Shown here: in pieces, positions 19,003 through 28,108 of the stretch | Position numbering within the stretch: the first letter of the stretch is position 1 | Layout: each line of letters starts with the position of its first letter | Origin: a virus | Lineage: Duplodnaviria > Heunggongvirae > Uroviricota > Caudoviricetes | Reading direction: 5' to 3' (one strand) | Virus record (IMG/VR): IMGVR_UViG_3300031784_000011 | Coordinates: 1 to 64,000 of that record | DNA length: 64,000 nucleotides | Translations under genes and position numbers: made by a program | Notes under the pieces: model-generated | The model's database searches: none | Told to the model about the DNA's origin: nothing | The model's input: only the letters and a program-made list of their open reading frames with translations

Positions 19003-19167
19003 TTAAAAGATTTCTTCCGCGATACCGAGTATCTCCGCCACAAAAAATAAAATTGCCGCAGTTTCTAAATTGGTAAAAAATAAGAAATAACAAGCCACGA
19101 TTCTCAAACCTGACTTGGCCAAACTTATATTGAAGTGAGAATTAGATTTTGATTCTTTTGGTTCCAT
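19003..19167 (-). CDS. unannotated 54-aa protein with hydrophobic C-terminus
   Basis: Not in the ORF track (under 60 aa). Translation MEPKESKSNSHFNISLAKSGLRIVACYFLFFTNLETAAILFFVAEILGIAEEIF. Preceded by an exact TTG-N20-TATATTTG, then 20 nt, then ATG. Confidence 0.35.
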   Translation of the reverse strand: MEPKESKSNSHFNISLAKSGLRIVACYFLFFTNLETAAILFFVAEILGIAEEIF

Positions 19168-19187
19168 GATTAAGGGGTTTTACCAAC

Positions 19188-19218
19188 CAAATATAGAAAA
19201 GAAAAATTTGATTTCCAA
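19188..19218 (-). promoter_or_regulatory. host sigma-A-type promoter candidate (TTG-N20-TATATTTG)
   Basis: Minus-strand TTG at 19216-19218, a 20-nt spacer, TATATTTG at 19188-19195. Confidence 0.5.
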
Positions 19219-19231
19219 AAAAATCCTAAAA

Positions 19232-20635
19232 TTATTTTGAAATATATTCATATTTTTCTTTAGTCCATGTCATATTGGAATATTTCATCATTTTTTTTGA
19301 TATTTCATTTATTGCGGGATTGAAATAAGACTCAACAGGACTATTGGCCTTACCAAAAGACATTATCAAACTACCTTTTTTATATTCTAAATTAATCTTT
19401 GTTCGATTACATTTCATGGAAAGATAGATATAGACCACACCTTTGCTGAATTGTTTAGACATACAATTTTTCATCATAAATCCTTCAGTGAAAAAATCCT
19501 CTTCGGTTTTGAGTATTTTGGTTTGAAAAACTTTATTGTCAATTATAATGTCAGATTCTATTTCATTTATGAACTCCTCATTAAATGAATATCTTGTTTT
19601 GTAACCCCTTTTAAAATGATTTTTTATGTTTTCAAATTTATTTAAAAGTAATTCTACAGAGTCGGAATCGCTCGCATTAAATTTACAGGGGATATTTTTG
19701 GATTCTATGAATTCTCGAAGATTCATTAATTTGTTCACCAACTCAACAAAATTATCTTTATATAGGTTTGTGGTTTCCCAATCATTAATAACCTTGACCA
19801 TCATGGATTTTTCTTTATCATTTTTCAAAGTGTGGAATTTTCTGAAATTAGAATTACGTTTTACAATGTCGTGCCACTTAGTTTGTCTTAAATAATCAAC
19901 GTAACCATCACCAAAAAGTTTACATAGAAAGCTTAGACTTTTAATATTCACATCAAAGTTTTGTGGTTTATTTAATTCAGCAATCAAGTACTTTGATTTA
20001 ATTCCATACGAATCTAAAATAGAAGGTAAAAATTTATTATCATTTAATTTTAACCATTTTTTCTGTGGATACTCTTGTTGAATTGTGGTGTAAACAGTAT
20101 CATGGTATTTTATATTTTTCTTTGATAAATGAAAATCAACTAACAAATCATATAGTGGATTAATATAGCATTTCTCTTGATAATTCTTTTCAATATTAAA
20201 ATTTGACTCAGATTGTATTTTGGATATTAAAATATTAATAATGTCCTGAATTGATTTATTATACCTTTTACCCCAATAATCTTTTCTCTTTTCACCCTTG
20301 TACATGCCGTTTTCTATTAGTGCAAGTATTGAATCAAAATTATTCTTCTTTCTATTATTTTTACTTCTACCTTTATCACCTTCACTCACTGAATAGTTTG
20401 ATAATTGGTAGTAAGTATTTATGTCCCCGTTTTTTAAATTAACCGTGAACCCGTGATGGATGGTAAGGATGTTTTTTATTCCGTATCGTAAATAATCGAA
20501 AGAAAAATCCGCGATATAGTGTATCAAACTATCATATTGATACAACTGTAATTCACAAATCGAAACCGAATTGTTCGTTTTGGATTTTTTGTTTTGATAA
20601 TGTCTAAGTAACAAATCCATGTATAAAATATACAT
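19232..20635 (-). CDS. large hypothetical protein, paralog A of a tandem pair
   Basis: Shares blocks with 20659..22494 (SILDSYGIKSKY vs SILDSYGINSKF; C-terminal FMMKNC...IYLSM vs FMHHC...ISLRT). Confidence 0.55.
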   Translation of the reverse strand: MYILYMDLLLRHYQNKKSKTNNSVSICELQLYQYDSLIHYIADFSFDYLRYGIKNILTIHHGFTVNLKNGDINTYYQLSNYSVSEGDKGRSKNNRKKNNFDSILALIENGMYKGEKRKDYWGKRYNKSIQDIINILISKIQSESNFNIEKNYQEKCYINPLYDLLVDFHLSKKNIKYHDTVYTTIQQEYPQKKWLKLNDNKFLPSILDSYGIKSKYLIAELNKPQNFDVNIKSLSFLCKLFGDGYVDYLRQTKWHDIVKRNSNFRKFHTLKNDKEKSMMVKVINDWETTNLYKDNFVELVNKLMNLREFIESKNIPCKFNASDSDSVELLLNKFENIKNHFKRGYKTRYSFNEEFINEIESDIIIDNKVFQTKILKTEEDFFTEGFMMKNCMSKQFSKGVVYIYLSMKCNRTKINLEYKKGSLIMSFGKANSPVESYFNPAINEISKKMMKYSNMTWTKEKYEYISK

Positions 20636-20658
20636 GGACTAAATTTAATTATGTAGTA

Positions 20659-22494
20659 TTAAAACTCTATGTCACCATTCATCAGTTGTTCAAATAAATC
20701 AGGTTCTCTTTGGTTGACTTCCTTCCCATTTATTTTAACTTTCACCTTTTTAATATCAATGTGGTTCAATAATCTTTGTGACGCAAATTTTCTAACTCTT
20801 TGTTTTAATATTTCTAATGATTCACCAAAATACTCAGGTGGTAACTTATTACAAAAATGTCTCTCCTGAATACAGTCACCTGTTTTTTTGTTAAACTCAC
20901 ATGTTACTCTATCTGAACCACCGTTGGTCCTCAATGAAATTATCATTGATGATTCTTTGTTTGCGTAACTGGCAACACAGTGGTGCATAAATGTACCCTC
21001 TTCCGAATATTCTTCTTCTCTCTTTAATATCACAGGAGAAAAAATATGATTGTCGTTCTCAAATCGAGTCTTTATTTGTTCCTCCACTAATCTCACCATT
21101 CTGTTGTCATATTGATATTCGATTGACCAACCCTTTTTGATTAATGAACATGTCTTGGATAGTTCAATGTGCTCTGTATGAAAGTCCGTGTAATTTGTTG
21201 CCCTCATTTTTATGTTAGGGTCAAATTCACGAATCTTTTCAATCATATCGAAGTGGTCTTTTATCAAAGTGTATATACCTCGAGTAACCGACGATACTGA
21301 ATGGTCTCCTGCCGGTTTGGGAATCAGGGAATTTAAAATTTTAATGATATTTTCCCTATCAACATTATCAATAAACAGGTGTCGGTGGTGATTTTTAGCA
21401 CCTCTCAATTCAAGCGGTACCATAGAATGTGCATTACCATTATCTACCATAAAAAGATTAAAACATTCACTTTTCAAAGAACCGAGGTATTTTGGATAAT
21501 CCTTTCCAAGTAAATCACACATACATGAAAACTCTTGTAAATTTAATTTTGGATTTTCATGGAAAAGTTTCAAGGTAAATTTTGAATTTATTCCGTAACT
21601 ATCCAAAATAGATTGCATTAATTTTCTCTGATTCTTTTTAAGGTATTTTTCAGTTGGGTAATGTATTTTAATAAGTGGTACAAAGTCGTTTGGTGTTTTT
21701 ATTTTTTTCTTTTCCGCAAAGAATTCAATAAAACTAGTTATAAAAAAATGTTTATCAAATAAGTTTCCAACGTTAGTAGGTAAGTTTGGAATGTGATTTT
21801 TAATAACATTTACAAATTCGTGTTCATTAAATGTGTCATCAAATTCCTTAGCGATTTTAAGATTGTTACTAAACTCTTTTTTTAAATTGAAAAGACTGTT
21901 TGAACCCAACAAGATTTCTAACGTAGTAAATGAATTTTTTCTAAATCTTTTGGATTTTATCTTTCCAAAATTCATATCCCCAATCGTAAAATCTCCCTTC
22001 TGTAAATCAATTGTTAACGTCATTACCTTGGAAGATTTACGGAAATATTTCCAATTAAAATCACGATATCTGGTATTCTTGTAACACCTTATGTAAAGTT
22101 TACCTTCTCTAAGTTCTATTGTTCTTTCAAATGTTACAATTTGTATTGATGAGAAAGGATTCCCATAATGTCTTTTTAAATGTTTTTCACTTGTTGTGTA
22201 ACAAGGTTCTTTTGTCAATTTTATGAAAGAAACGTATTCTTTTTCTTTTTCACCATAAAAATATTTTGTCCTCGCACCCTTTGATGGTCTTGGTTCCAAT
22301 TTTATGGTTTCAAATTTGGTATCCCTATTTACAACGGGCTCAAGTGTCTTAACCTGTTCAGTAAATAAAAAATCATCATCCAGTTCTTTACCATCAGATA
22401 CAACAATTGGTATTGGTCTATCTTCAGACAACATACAATTATCCCTAACTAAATCTATTCTGAAATAAGAAAATCTTTGTTTGATGAGTTGCAT
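20659..22494 (-). CDS. large hypothetical protein, paralog B of a tandem pair
   Basis: 611 aa. Paralogous to 19232..20635. Upstream TATATTTG at 22510-22517. Confidence 0.55.
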   Translation of the reverse strand: MQLIKQRFSYFRIDLVRDNCMLSEDRPIPIVVSDGKELDDDFLFTEQVKTLEPVVNRDTKFETIKLEPRPSKGARTKYFYGEKEKEYVSFIKLTKEPCYTTSEKHLKRHYGNPFSSIQIVTFERTIELREGKLYIRCYKNTRYRDFNWKYFRKSSKVMTLTIDLQKGDFTIGDMNFGKIKSKRFRKNSFTTLEILLGSNSLFNLKKEFSNNLKIAKEFDDTFNEHEFVNVIKNHIPNLPTNVGNLFDKHFFITSFIEFFAEKKKIKTPNDFVPLIKIHYPTEKYLKKNQRKLMQSILDSYGINSKFTLKLFHENPKLNLQEFSCMCDLLGKDYPKYLGSLKSECFNLFMVDNGNAHSMVPLELRGAKNHHRHLFIDNVDRENIIKILNSLIPKPAGDHSVSSVTRGIYTLIKDHFDMIEKIREFDPNIKMRATNYTDFHTEHIELSKTCSLIKKGWSIEYQYDNRMVRLVEEQIKTRFENDNHIFSPVILKREEEYSEEGTFMHHCVASYANKESSMIISLRTNGGSDRVTCEFNKKTGDCIQERHFCNKLPPEYFGESLEILKQRVRKFASQRLLNHIDIKKVKVKINGKEVNQREPDLFEQLMNGDIEF

Positions 22495-22509
22495 TTTTGA
22501 TATTTTTTA

Positions 22510-22517
22510 CAAATATA
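22510..22517 (-). promoter_or_regulatory. TATATTTG -7-like element
   Basis: Minus-strand TATATTTG 15 nt upstream of the ATG of 20659..22494. No TTG at -20 (TGG instead). Confidence 0.35.
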
Positions 22518-22563
22518 CCACTTTTTTAATGATATCCATATTTATTTTTATAAAATTATTAAC

Positions 22564-22716
22564 ATGGCAGCAGGAAAAAGTTCAAAAGGTAAATCATCAA
22601 ACGCATCTATAAAGGTGAATTTTGGTAAAAGAAGATTAGGTAAAGCTAAAAAATCTTTTAATAAACACGATAAAAGTGAGAAAAACTACCGTGGACAGGG
22701 TAGGAGAACTAATTAA
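22564..22716 (+). CDS. unannotated small basic protein (50 aa)
   Basis: MAAGKSSKGKSSNASIKVNFGKRRLGKAKKSFNKHDKSEKNYRGQGRRTN. Very K/R-rich. Sits in an otherwise empty 218-bp gap and converges on 22713..23024. Confidence 0.3.
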   Translation: MAAGKSSKGKSSNASIKVNFGKRRLGKAKKSFNKHDKSEKNYRGQGRRTN

Positions 22717-23024
22717 AAAATACTCCCCAATAACCCAATTAAAGTATAAGATAACTTATACCCTGTGAACGCACCCAATGCCGAAGGGATTGGGAAAACT
22801 ATCAACTTACCTAAATCTGTAACGTACTTTGGTCGATTAACTATCCGACCCATGTAATAATAGTAGACAATATAACCGATAAGAACAGCAAAGTCGGTTC
22901 TTGTTGCAATAAAAACAACAAGTGTCGCTCCGATGAAACCGAAAGTAAAATTGTCTCTAATTCCTTCCCATATCTCATAAGTTGTAGCATTTTTATATTC
23001 TTTTACGATTTTACGGAGCTTCAC
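22713..23024 (-). CDS. membrane protein
   Basis: Three predicted TM helices. Confidence 0.5.
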   Translation of the reverse strand: MKLRKIVKEYKNATTYEIWEGIRDNFTFGFIGATLVVFIATRTDFAVLIGYIVYYYYMGRIVNRPKYVTDLGKLIVFPIPSALGAFTGYKLSYTLIGLLGSIF

Positions 23025-23043
23025 TTGTTGTTATTTTATGTTA

Positions 23044-24420
23044 TTACTTATCAGAATTCAAGTTACCTTGAATTGACCATGTGAAATCTAATTTAACATC
23101 ATTCTTAAATAACGATGTGTCCATCATATCAATGTATTGATTTGTGGTGTATCCATTCTTACCCGTCATAGTCGACAATGCGTGACATGACATACAGTTT
23201 GTTTGCATTCCATACACAAAATCAGGTCTGAATTTGTTTTGTAAACTGAAAACTTTTGGACCAAATCCACCCTCTAAATAAGGATTGAAAGCAAGTATCG
23301 GTCTAGCGTTGTTGTCAGAACCGCCACTCACAGGTTGATTCGGCCAAACCATTGCGTATGCTGTACTAACTGCGTAGTGTGAAGCGGCGCCTTTAAGTTC
23401 TTTAGGTCTAAGACCTGCTTCAAATTTAGAACTTGGTGAAGGAGGGTTAGACGGGTCAGGGCACCAAAAATAAGTTTGCCATGTCCAATTTTTAAATTCT
23501 TTTGTTGTTACGTGCATGGCTACCAACAACACATAGTCACCTTCGATAAATTGTCTACTTGGTGTAGTTCCAACGTCTTGGTGACTATTGAGATAGTCCG
23601 CACCTACTCTATCAATTTTATAATTAATAAAATCATTTACGTTACAGGTCGCATCTTTAATTTGTTCCTCTGTGGGATTTGATGTTGTTACAGGTACTAA
23701 CTTTTTATTCGGTTCCTGTTTATTATTAACATCGGCGTAAACCCATTGTTGCCATTCATTATATCTATACGCTTTGGCCGGATTTGGTGATACCCAAACA
23801 GGTACTCTAATCAAACCGTTTTTACTTGGTACACCAGCATAATATGTTGGTTTGGTGGTGATTGAAGTATTAGGAAATTCAGGTACCGCACCAATTCCAT
23901 CTTTTACCAAATATTTGTTCAATGACGATTGATTAAATAATTTGTTTGATGTTGCAAAATGTGCCGCAGATGGGTCATAAGAAACTGTTTCCAACACAGT
24001 GAAGTTTGTGTCAATCTTTTGTCCCGCGAAAAGTTTACCATGTACAAATTGTTTCGGGATGTTAAGTTCAGTTCTGTTTGATTTTTCCATTGAACTTGAA
24101 ACTTGACCCTGTGCAGACATTGCAGATAGTTCTTGAACACCCATCCAAGTTTCAAAAACCAACAATGTTTGACCATTGTATTTTTGTTTTGTTGGTTGAG
24201 TAAGTCCAGCCCAAATACCCCACGCGTGATTTACAATACTGGTTGTATCTTGATTCTCTAACCATCCGTAAATTTTCGTAGAGTCTTCAGGAAAATTGAA
24301 TCCCGAAATACCTAAGTCCGTTGGGAACTCTTGTGGTTTAATTGTTTTACTCGTGTCAGAACATGAGTATACGATTGTAAACAATCCTAAAATTAATAAT
24401 AGTGTTTTTGTAATTTTCAT
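23044..24420 (-). CDS. secreted lipoprotein with CxxCH motif
   Basis: Signal peptide plus lipobox (LFTIVYSC). C-terminal NCMSCHAL contains a c-type heme-binding-like CxxCH. Confidence 0.5.
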   Translation of the reverse strand: MKITKTLLLILGLFTIVYSCSDTSKTIKPQEFPTDLGISGFNFPEDSTKIYGWLENQDTTSIVNHAWGIWAGLTQPTKQKYNGQTLLVFETWMGVQELSAMSAQGQVSSSMEKSNRTELNIPKQFVHGKLFAGQKIDTNFTVLETVSYDPSAAHFATSNKLFNQSSLNKYLVKDGIGAVPEFPNTSITTKPTYYAGVPSKNGLIRVPVWVSPNPAKAYRYNEWQQWVYADVNNKQEPNKKLVPVTTSNPTEEQIKDATCNVNDFINYKIDRVGADYLNSHQDVGTTPSRQFIEGDYVLLVAMHVTTKEFKNWTWQTYFWCPDPSNPPSPSSKFEAGLRPKELKGAASHYAVSTAYAMVWPNQPVSGGSDNNARPILAFNPYLEGGFGPKVFSLQNKFRPDFVYGMQTNCMSCHALSTMTGKNGYTTNQYIDMMDTSLFKNDVKLDFTWSIQGNLNSDK

Positions 24421-24424
24421 TTTT

Positions 24425-24673
24425 TTATTTGTTTTTATTTTTATTTTCTATAACTATGAACTTATTTATTTCGTGAAGAACTTCGGCAGTATCATATCTT
24501 ACACTATAAACCACGTCCCATATTGTTCTATCATTATAAGAAGGGTGTAATCTTGATTGGGCCCATTTTTTGGCTTTATTAAAATCCTCTACTGACCATT
24601 TTACTGGTTCAACTATTGTTGGGGAATTTAAACGCCTAAGTTTCATCAATAGCAGTTTTAAAAATTTAATCAT
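24425..24673 (-). CDS. hypothetical protein
   Basis: 82-aa ORF. Confidence 0.45.
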   Translation of the reverse strand: MIKFLKLLLMKLRRLNSPTIVEPVKWSVEDFNKAKKWAQSRLHPSYNDRTIWDVVYSVRYDTAEVLHEINKFIVIENKNKNK

Positions 24674-24709
24674 CTATATTTTTCAATTATCTGTTATGTT
24701 TTGGTGTAT

Positions 24710-24795
24710 AACCAATAACCAATTGATAACTAAACCAACCAATTATTAATTCATAATCACCATTTAACCAACTGTTATATGTTATTTTAACATAT
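24710..24795. repeat. AACCAA direct-repeat array plus 8-bp-arm inverted repeat in a 170-bp noncoding gap
   Basis: AACCAA at 24710, 24717, 24733, 24737 and 24766. Inverted repeat atatgtta-ttt-taacatat at 24777-24795. Confidence 0.4.
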
Positions 24796-24845
24796 GGTAA
24801 AATATAAGATTGATATACAACTTTGTCAATACTTATTTTCATAGT

Positions 24846-26171
24846 TTAATTACTTAAGGGTGCTTTAATCGATGGGTGTGATTGATAATTTTCGATTTGA
24901 AAATCCTTATTTTCCAAATGAGTTATTAAAGATGAGTCTTCAGATAATGATTTATAAAATTCATCGGTCTTCATATGTTTTAGTTTGGGTAATTTATAAG
25001 GTTCTCTTGTGTATCGTGGTATTTTATATATCTCATAATATTCAGACATACCTCCACCAAATGGTGCTAAGTCTTTCAACGCACTTTTATAACCATTAGG
25101 ACCCATCGCCTCTTTTAACATACCTTCTCTCTCTTCATGTGTATACTTTCTACCGATTTGTTCTCTTGCTTGTTCAACATGGTTACTATACAAATGAGTA
25201 TCACCTAAATTACCAATCAACTCATCAGGTACCATATTTACTTCTTTAGCAATAATCTCAAGTAACAAACCGTAAGAAGCAATATTGAATGGTAGACCTA
25301 AGAATGTGTCTACTGAGCGTTGATTCCACATTAAAGAGATTGCTCGTTTAGGAACTCTTAAACTATCCATGTGAACATCGTGATAATCACTACTTTGATT
25401 TAAAGGGTCTTTTGTTGAGTTATAATAATTAATCCTTTCATCTAAACTCAACTCTCTCGTATAAACTTGAAATCCATAATGACAAGGTGGAAGAACCATT
25501 TGGTCCAGCTCTCCAACATTCCAAGCATTGACCATTAATCGTCTTGAGTCTGGATTTGTTTTAAGGTCGTTGATTAGGTTTGTGATTTGGTCTATTGAAT
25601 TGTTTTGGTATTCTATTTTGACACCATACTTGGTAACATCTTCACCGATTTCAATTGCTTTTAGTACTCTGTGTTGGTCAGAACCTTTTACATCCTTTAA
25701 GTCGTAATTAGTCACATTCTTTCTACCCCATCTTCTCCATTGCTTACCATACACAGGTCCGAGGTCACCCCACTTCTTAGCAAACTCATCATCGGTTTTT
25801 ATTTTGTTGATGAATTCTTCTTTTGTTAATCGAAATCCTAACTCTAACATTTTTTCTTTTGACATATTAGGTAAGATTTTGGCATCTTCAATTAGATAGT
25901 TCTTATACGCATCACCATCCCAAATATGACAATTGTTATCAACAAGGAACTTGATGTTTGTATCACCACGAAGGAACCATAACAATTCGGTTACCATCGT
26001 CTTCCACGCCATTTTCTTGGTTGTAAGTAATGGAAACCCATCGGACATTTTATGACGGATTGTATAACCAAAAATAGATTTGGTTCCTGTACCTGTACGG
26101 TCTTTCTTTTCTACCCCATAATCTATAATAGTTTGGAGTAAGTCTGTGTATTGTTTATCTAATTTGTTCAT
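24846..26171 (-). CDS. thyA: thymidylate synthase (ThyA type, with insertions)
   Basis: LLTTKKMAWKTMVTELLWFLRGDTN and the catalytic-Cys region LPPCHYGFQVY match ThyA. 441 aa implies large inserts. Confidence 0.85.
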   Translation of the reverse strand: MNKLDKQYTDLLQTIIDYGVEKKDRTGTGTKSIFGYTIRHKMSDGFPLLTTKKMAWKTMVTELLWFLRGDTNIKFLVDNNCHIWDGDAYKNYLIEDAKILPNMSKEKMLELGFRLTKEEFINKIKTDDEFAKKWGDLGPVYGKQWRRWGRKNVTNYDLKDVKGSDQHRVLKAIEIGEDVTKYGVKIEYQNNSIDQITNLINDLKTNPDSRRLMVNAWNVGELDQMVLPPCHYGFQVYTRELSLDERINYYNSTKDPLNQSSDYHDVHMDSLRVPKRAISLMWNQRSVDTFLGLPFNIASYGLLLEIIAKEVNMVPDELIGNLGDTHLYSNHVEQAREQIGRKYTHEEREGMLKEAMGPNGYKSALKDLAPFGGGMSEYYEIYKIPRYTREPYKLPKLKHMKTDEFYKSLSEDSSLITHLENKDFQIENYQSHPSIKAPLSN

Positions 26172-26785
26172 TACTCAAATGTTTGAATTTTTGCGTCTAC
26201 TTCTTTTAATTCAGACCACGTTCCAAGATACGTAATCGCTCTGACTTTTCTATTATCAATCCACACATATTCTTGGTCATCTTTGATTCTTGGTTTGTCC
26301 ATAACCAATCCGTGATATTTAAAACCTTTTTCTTTTAACCATGTTTCGGTTACTTCACGGTCTTTACTTTCACGAGCGGTAAAAAATGTAATTACATTTC
26401 CCTCATCGTACCATTTGTTGATGATACCCAACGCGTTTGGGTAATGGTTAGCTGTCGGATAAAGATGTGAATCTTCATTTTTAATGTCGTCACAAATTGT
26501 CCCATCAATATCAATCAGAAAAACCCGACTAACCATTTTTTGCGTTATTATGATGTCAGCAATTGTACTATGAAAAATATCATCGTACATTACTTGACAA
26601 TTTGTTTTTAAAACATACTCGACTTCATCACCGTCTTTTACATCATATTTTCCGCTTTTTATTTTTTCTAAAGTTTCTTTTGATGCTTCAAAATTCTTTG
26701 ATGAATCTTCAGAAACAATAAACCATCCTTCGACACTGTTAATAAGTTCGTCAGATTTTTTTTGATATATTAATTTACCTTTCAT
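26171..26785 (-). CDS. HAD-family phosphatase
   Basis: RVFLIDIDGTICDD (motif I). Confidence 0.5.
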   Translation of the reverse strand: MKGKLIYQKKSDELINSVEGWFIVSEDSSKNFEASKETLEKIKSGKYDVKDGDEVEYVLKTNCQVMYDDIFHSTIADIIITQKMVSRVFLIDIDGTICDDIKNEDSHLYPTANHYPNALGIINKWYDEGNVITFFTARESKDREVTETWLKEKGFKYHGLVMDKPRIKDDQEYVWIDNRKVRAITYLGTWSELKEVDAKIQTFE

Positions 26786-27179
26786 TTCTAACCCATTTTC
26801 TATCTGAATTTAATGTAAAAGCACCAATAAAATCGTCACCCCGATTCCAATCTTTTGGTGATAATAATGATAATGTATTTACACCATTAAAATTATATAA
26901 GTAATATGTTTCACCAACAATTGGGTCAAAAGAAATTTTTGATTCCCAAACCATTATTGAATCCACATACTCTCTTTGAAGTTTTTCTATTGATTGAATG
27001 ATTTCTTCTCTTTGACGATTAAAGACATCAATCATTTTTTTTGAGGACTCTTTTTTTACGAGACCCACATTAGGTAATTCAAATTTTGGCGAACCGATAC
27101 TGGTAGGATAATGCTTTCTATTAGCGTCGTACCCATTTGTTTCATCCCAAACAACAATATCAGGTTTCTTTTTATTCAT
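26775..27179 (-). CDS. hypothetical protein
   Basis: 134-aa ORF. Confidence 0.45.
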   Translation of the reverse strand: MNKKKPDIVVWDETNGYDANRKHYPTSIGSPKFELPNVGLVKKESSKKMIDVFNRQREEIIQSIEKLQREYVDSIMVWESKISFDPIVGETYYLYNFNGVNTLSLLSPKDWNRGDDFIGAFTLNSDRKWVRNER

Positions 27180-27331
27180 CCTCCAAACCGTCCATTAAAG
27201 TTACGTCCCAATCTGAAAAATCGTCACCTAATTCCATACCCAATTTCAAATTTTCCAAAAAATTTTTTTCCCATTCCTCATAAGAAAGATTTGAGTTGGG
27301 ATTTTGTTTAATGTAAATTTTATATTGTCTT

Positions 27332-27760
27332 TTAAGGGTTGACATCGTTTTGTTCAGAATCTCTTATGTCAATTAATTTTTGAATTCTACTCCTACCTTT
27401 TTCACCAATTGGTACCGGATTACCTTCTTCATCAATCCTAACAAACCTTATGTTTGTTTTCAAGATGACAATTTGGTTACCTGTGTAAACATTATGTGCT
27501 CTTGCTTCCATATACAAGGTAACTGAAGTATTCCCTAATTTACTTGGTGACCCGTAAATTTTAATCAACTGACCCTCTTTGGCTGGTTTTTCAAAAAAAC
27601 ATTTATCAATTGATACGGTAACTAATCTTGGTGAATCACACAATTGCATGGAGTATCCCGCAGCCGCCGCGTCAATCCACGCTAAAAGTTTTCCACCGAA
27701 TAAATTTCCGTGGAATCCTAAATCCGACTTTTTTATGGGGTGTGAATTCAAAAATTCCAT
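27332..27760 (-). CDS. hotdog-fold acyl-CoA thioesterase (YciA/4HBT-like)
   Basis: HGNLFGGKLLAWIDAAAAGYS aligns with the YciA-type thioesterase active-site helix. Confidence 0.65.
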   Translation of the reverse strand: MEFLNSHPIKKSDLGFHGNLFGGKLLAWIDAAAAGYSMQLCDSPRLVTVSIDKCFFEKPAKEGQLIKIYGSPSKLGNTSVTLYMEARAHNVYTGNQIVILKTNIRFVRIDEEGNPVPIGEKGRSRIQKLIDIRDSEQNDVNP

Positions 27761-28108
27761 TACTCAAAAGTTATTTGTTCTCTAATAATGTATTCTTTTA
27801 ATGCGTTTTCCGCTTCTATTTTAGTTGCAAAAACCCCAATAGTTTGGTCAAATTCTGTTGGGTCGGACACACCAAATTGTCCGTTTAATGTTTCATAAAT
27901 GAACGTATCTAAAATTTGTTGACTTACCATAATTAATTTATATTTCTTGATTTTTATTTGATTCCGATTCTTGATTTATTGATTCAGAATTTTTAGTCTC
28001 TTGCATTTTCTTAAATAAATTCATCAATGTGGACTCTTCTCTCTTTAATCTTTGATTACGAGCTTGAACTTTTTTTCTATGTTCTTTGTCTTTTTTTCCC
28101 ATGGTATT

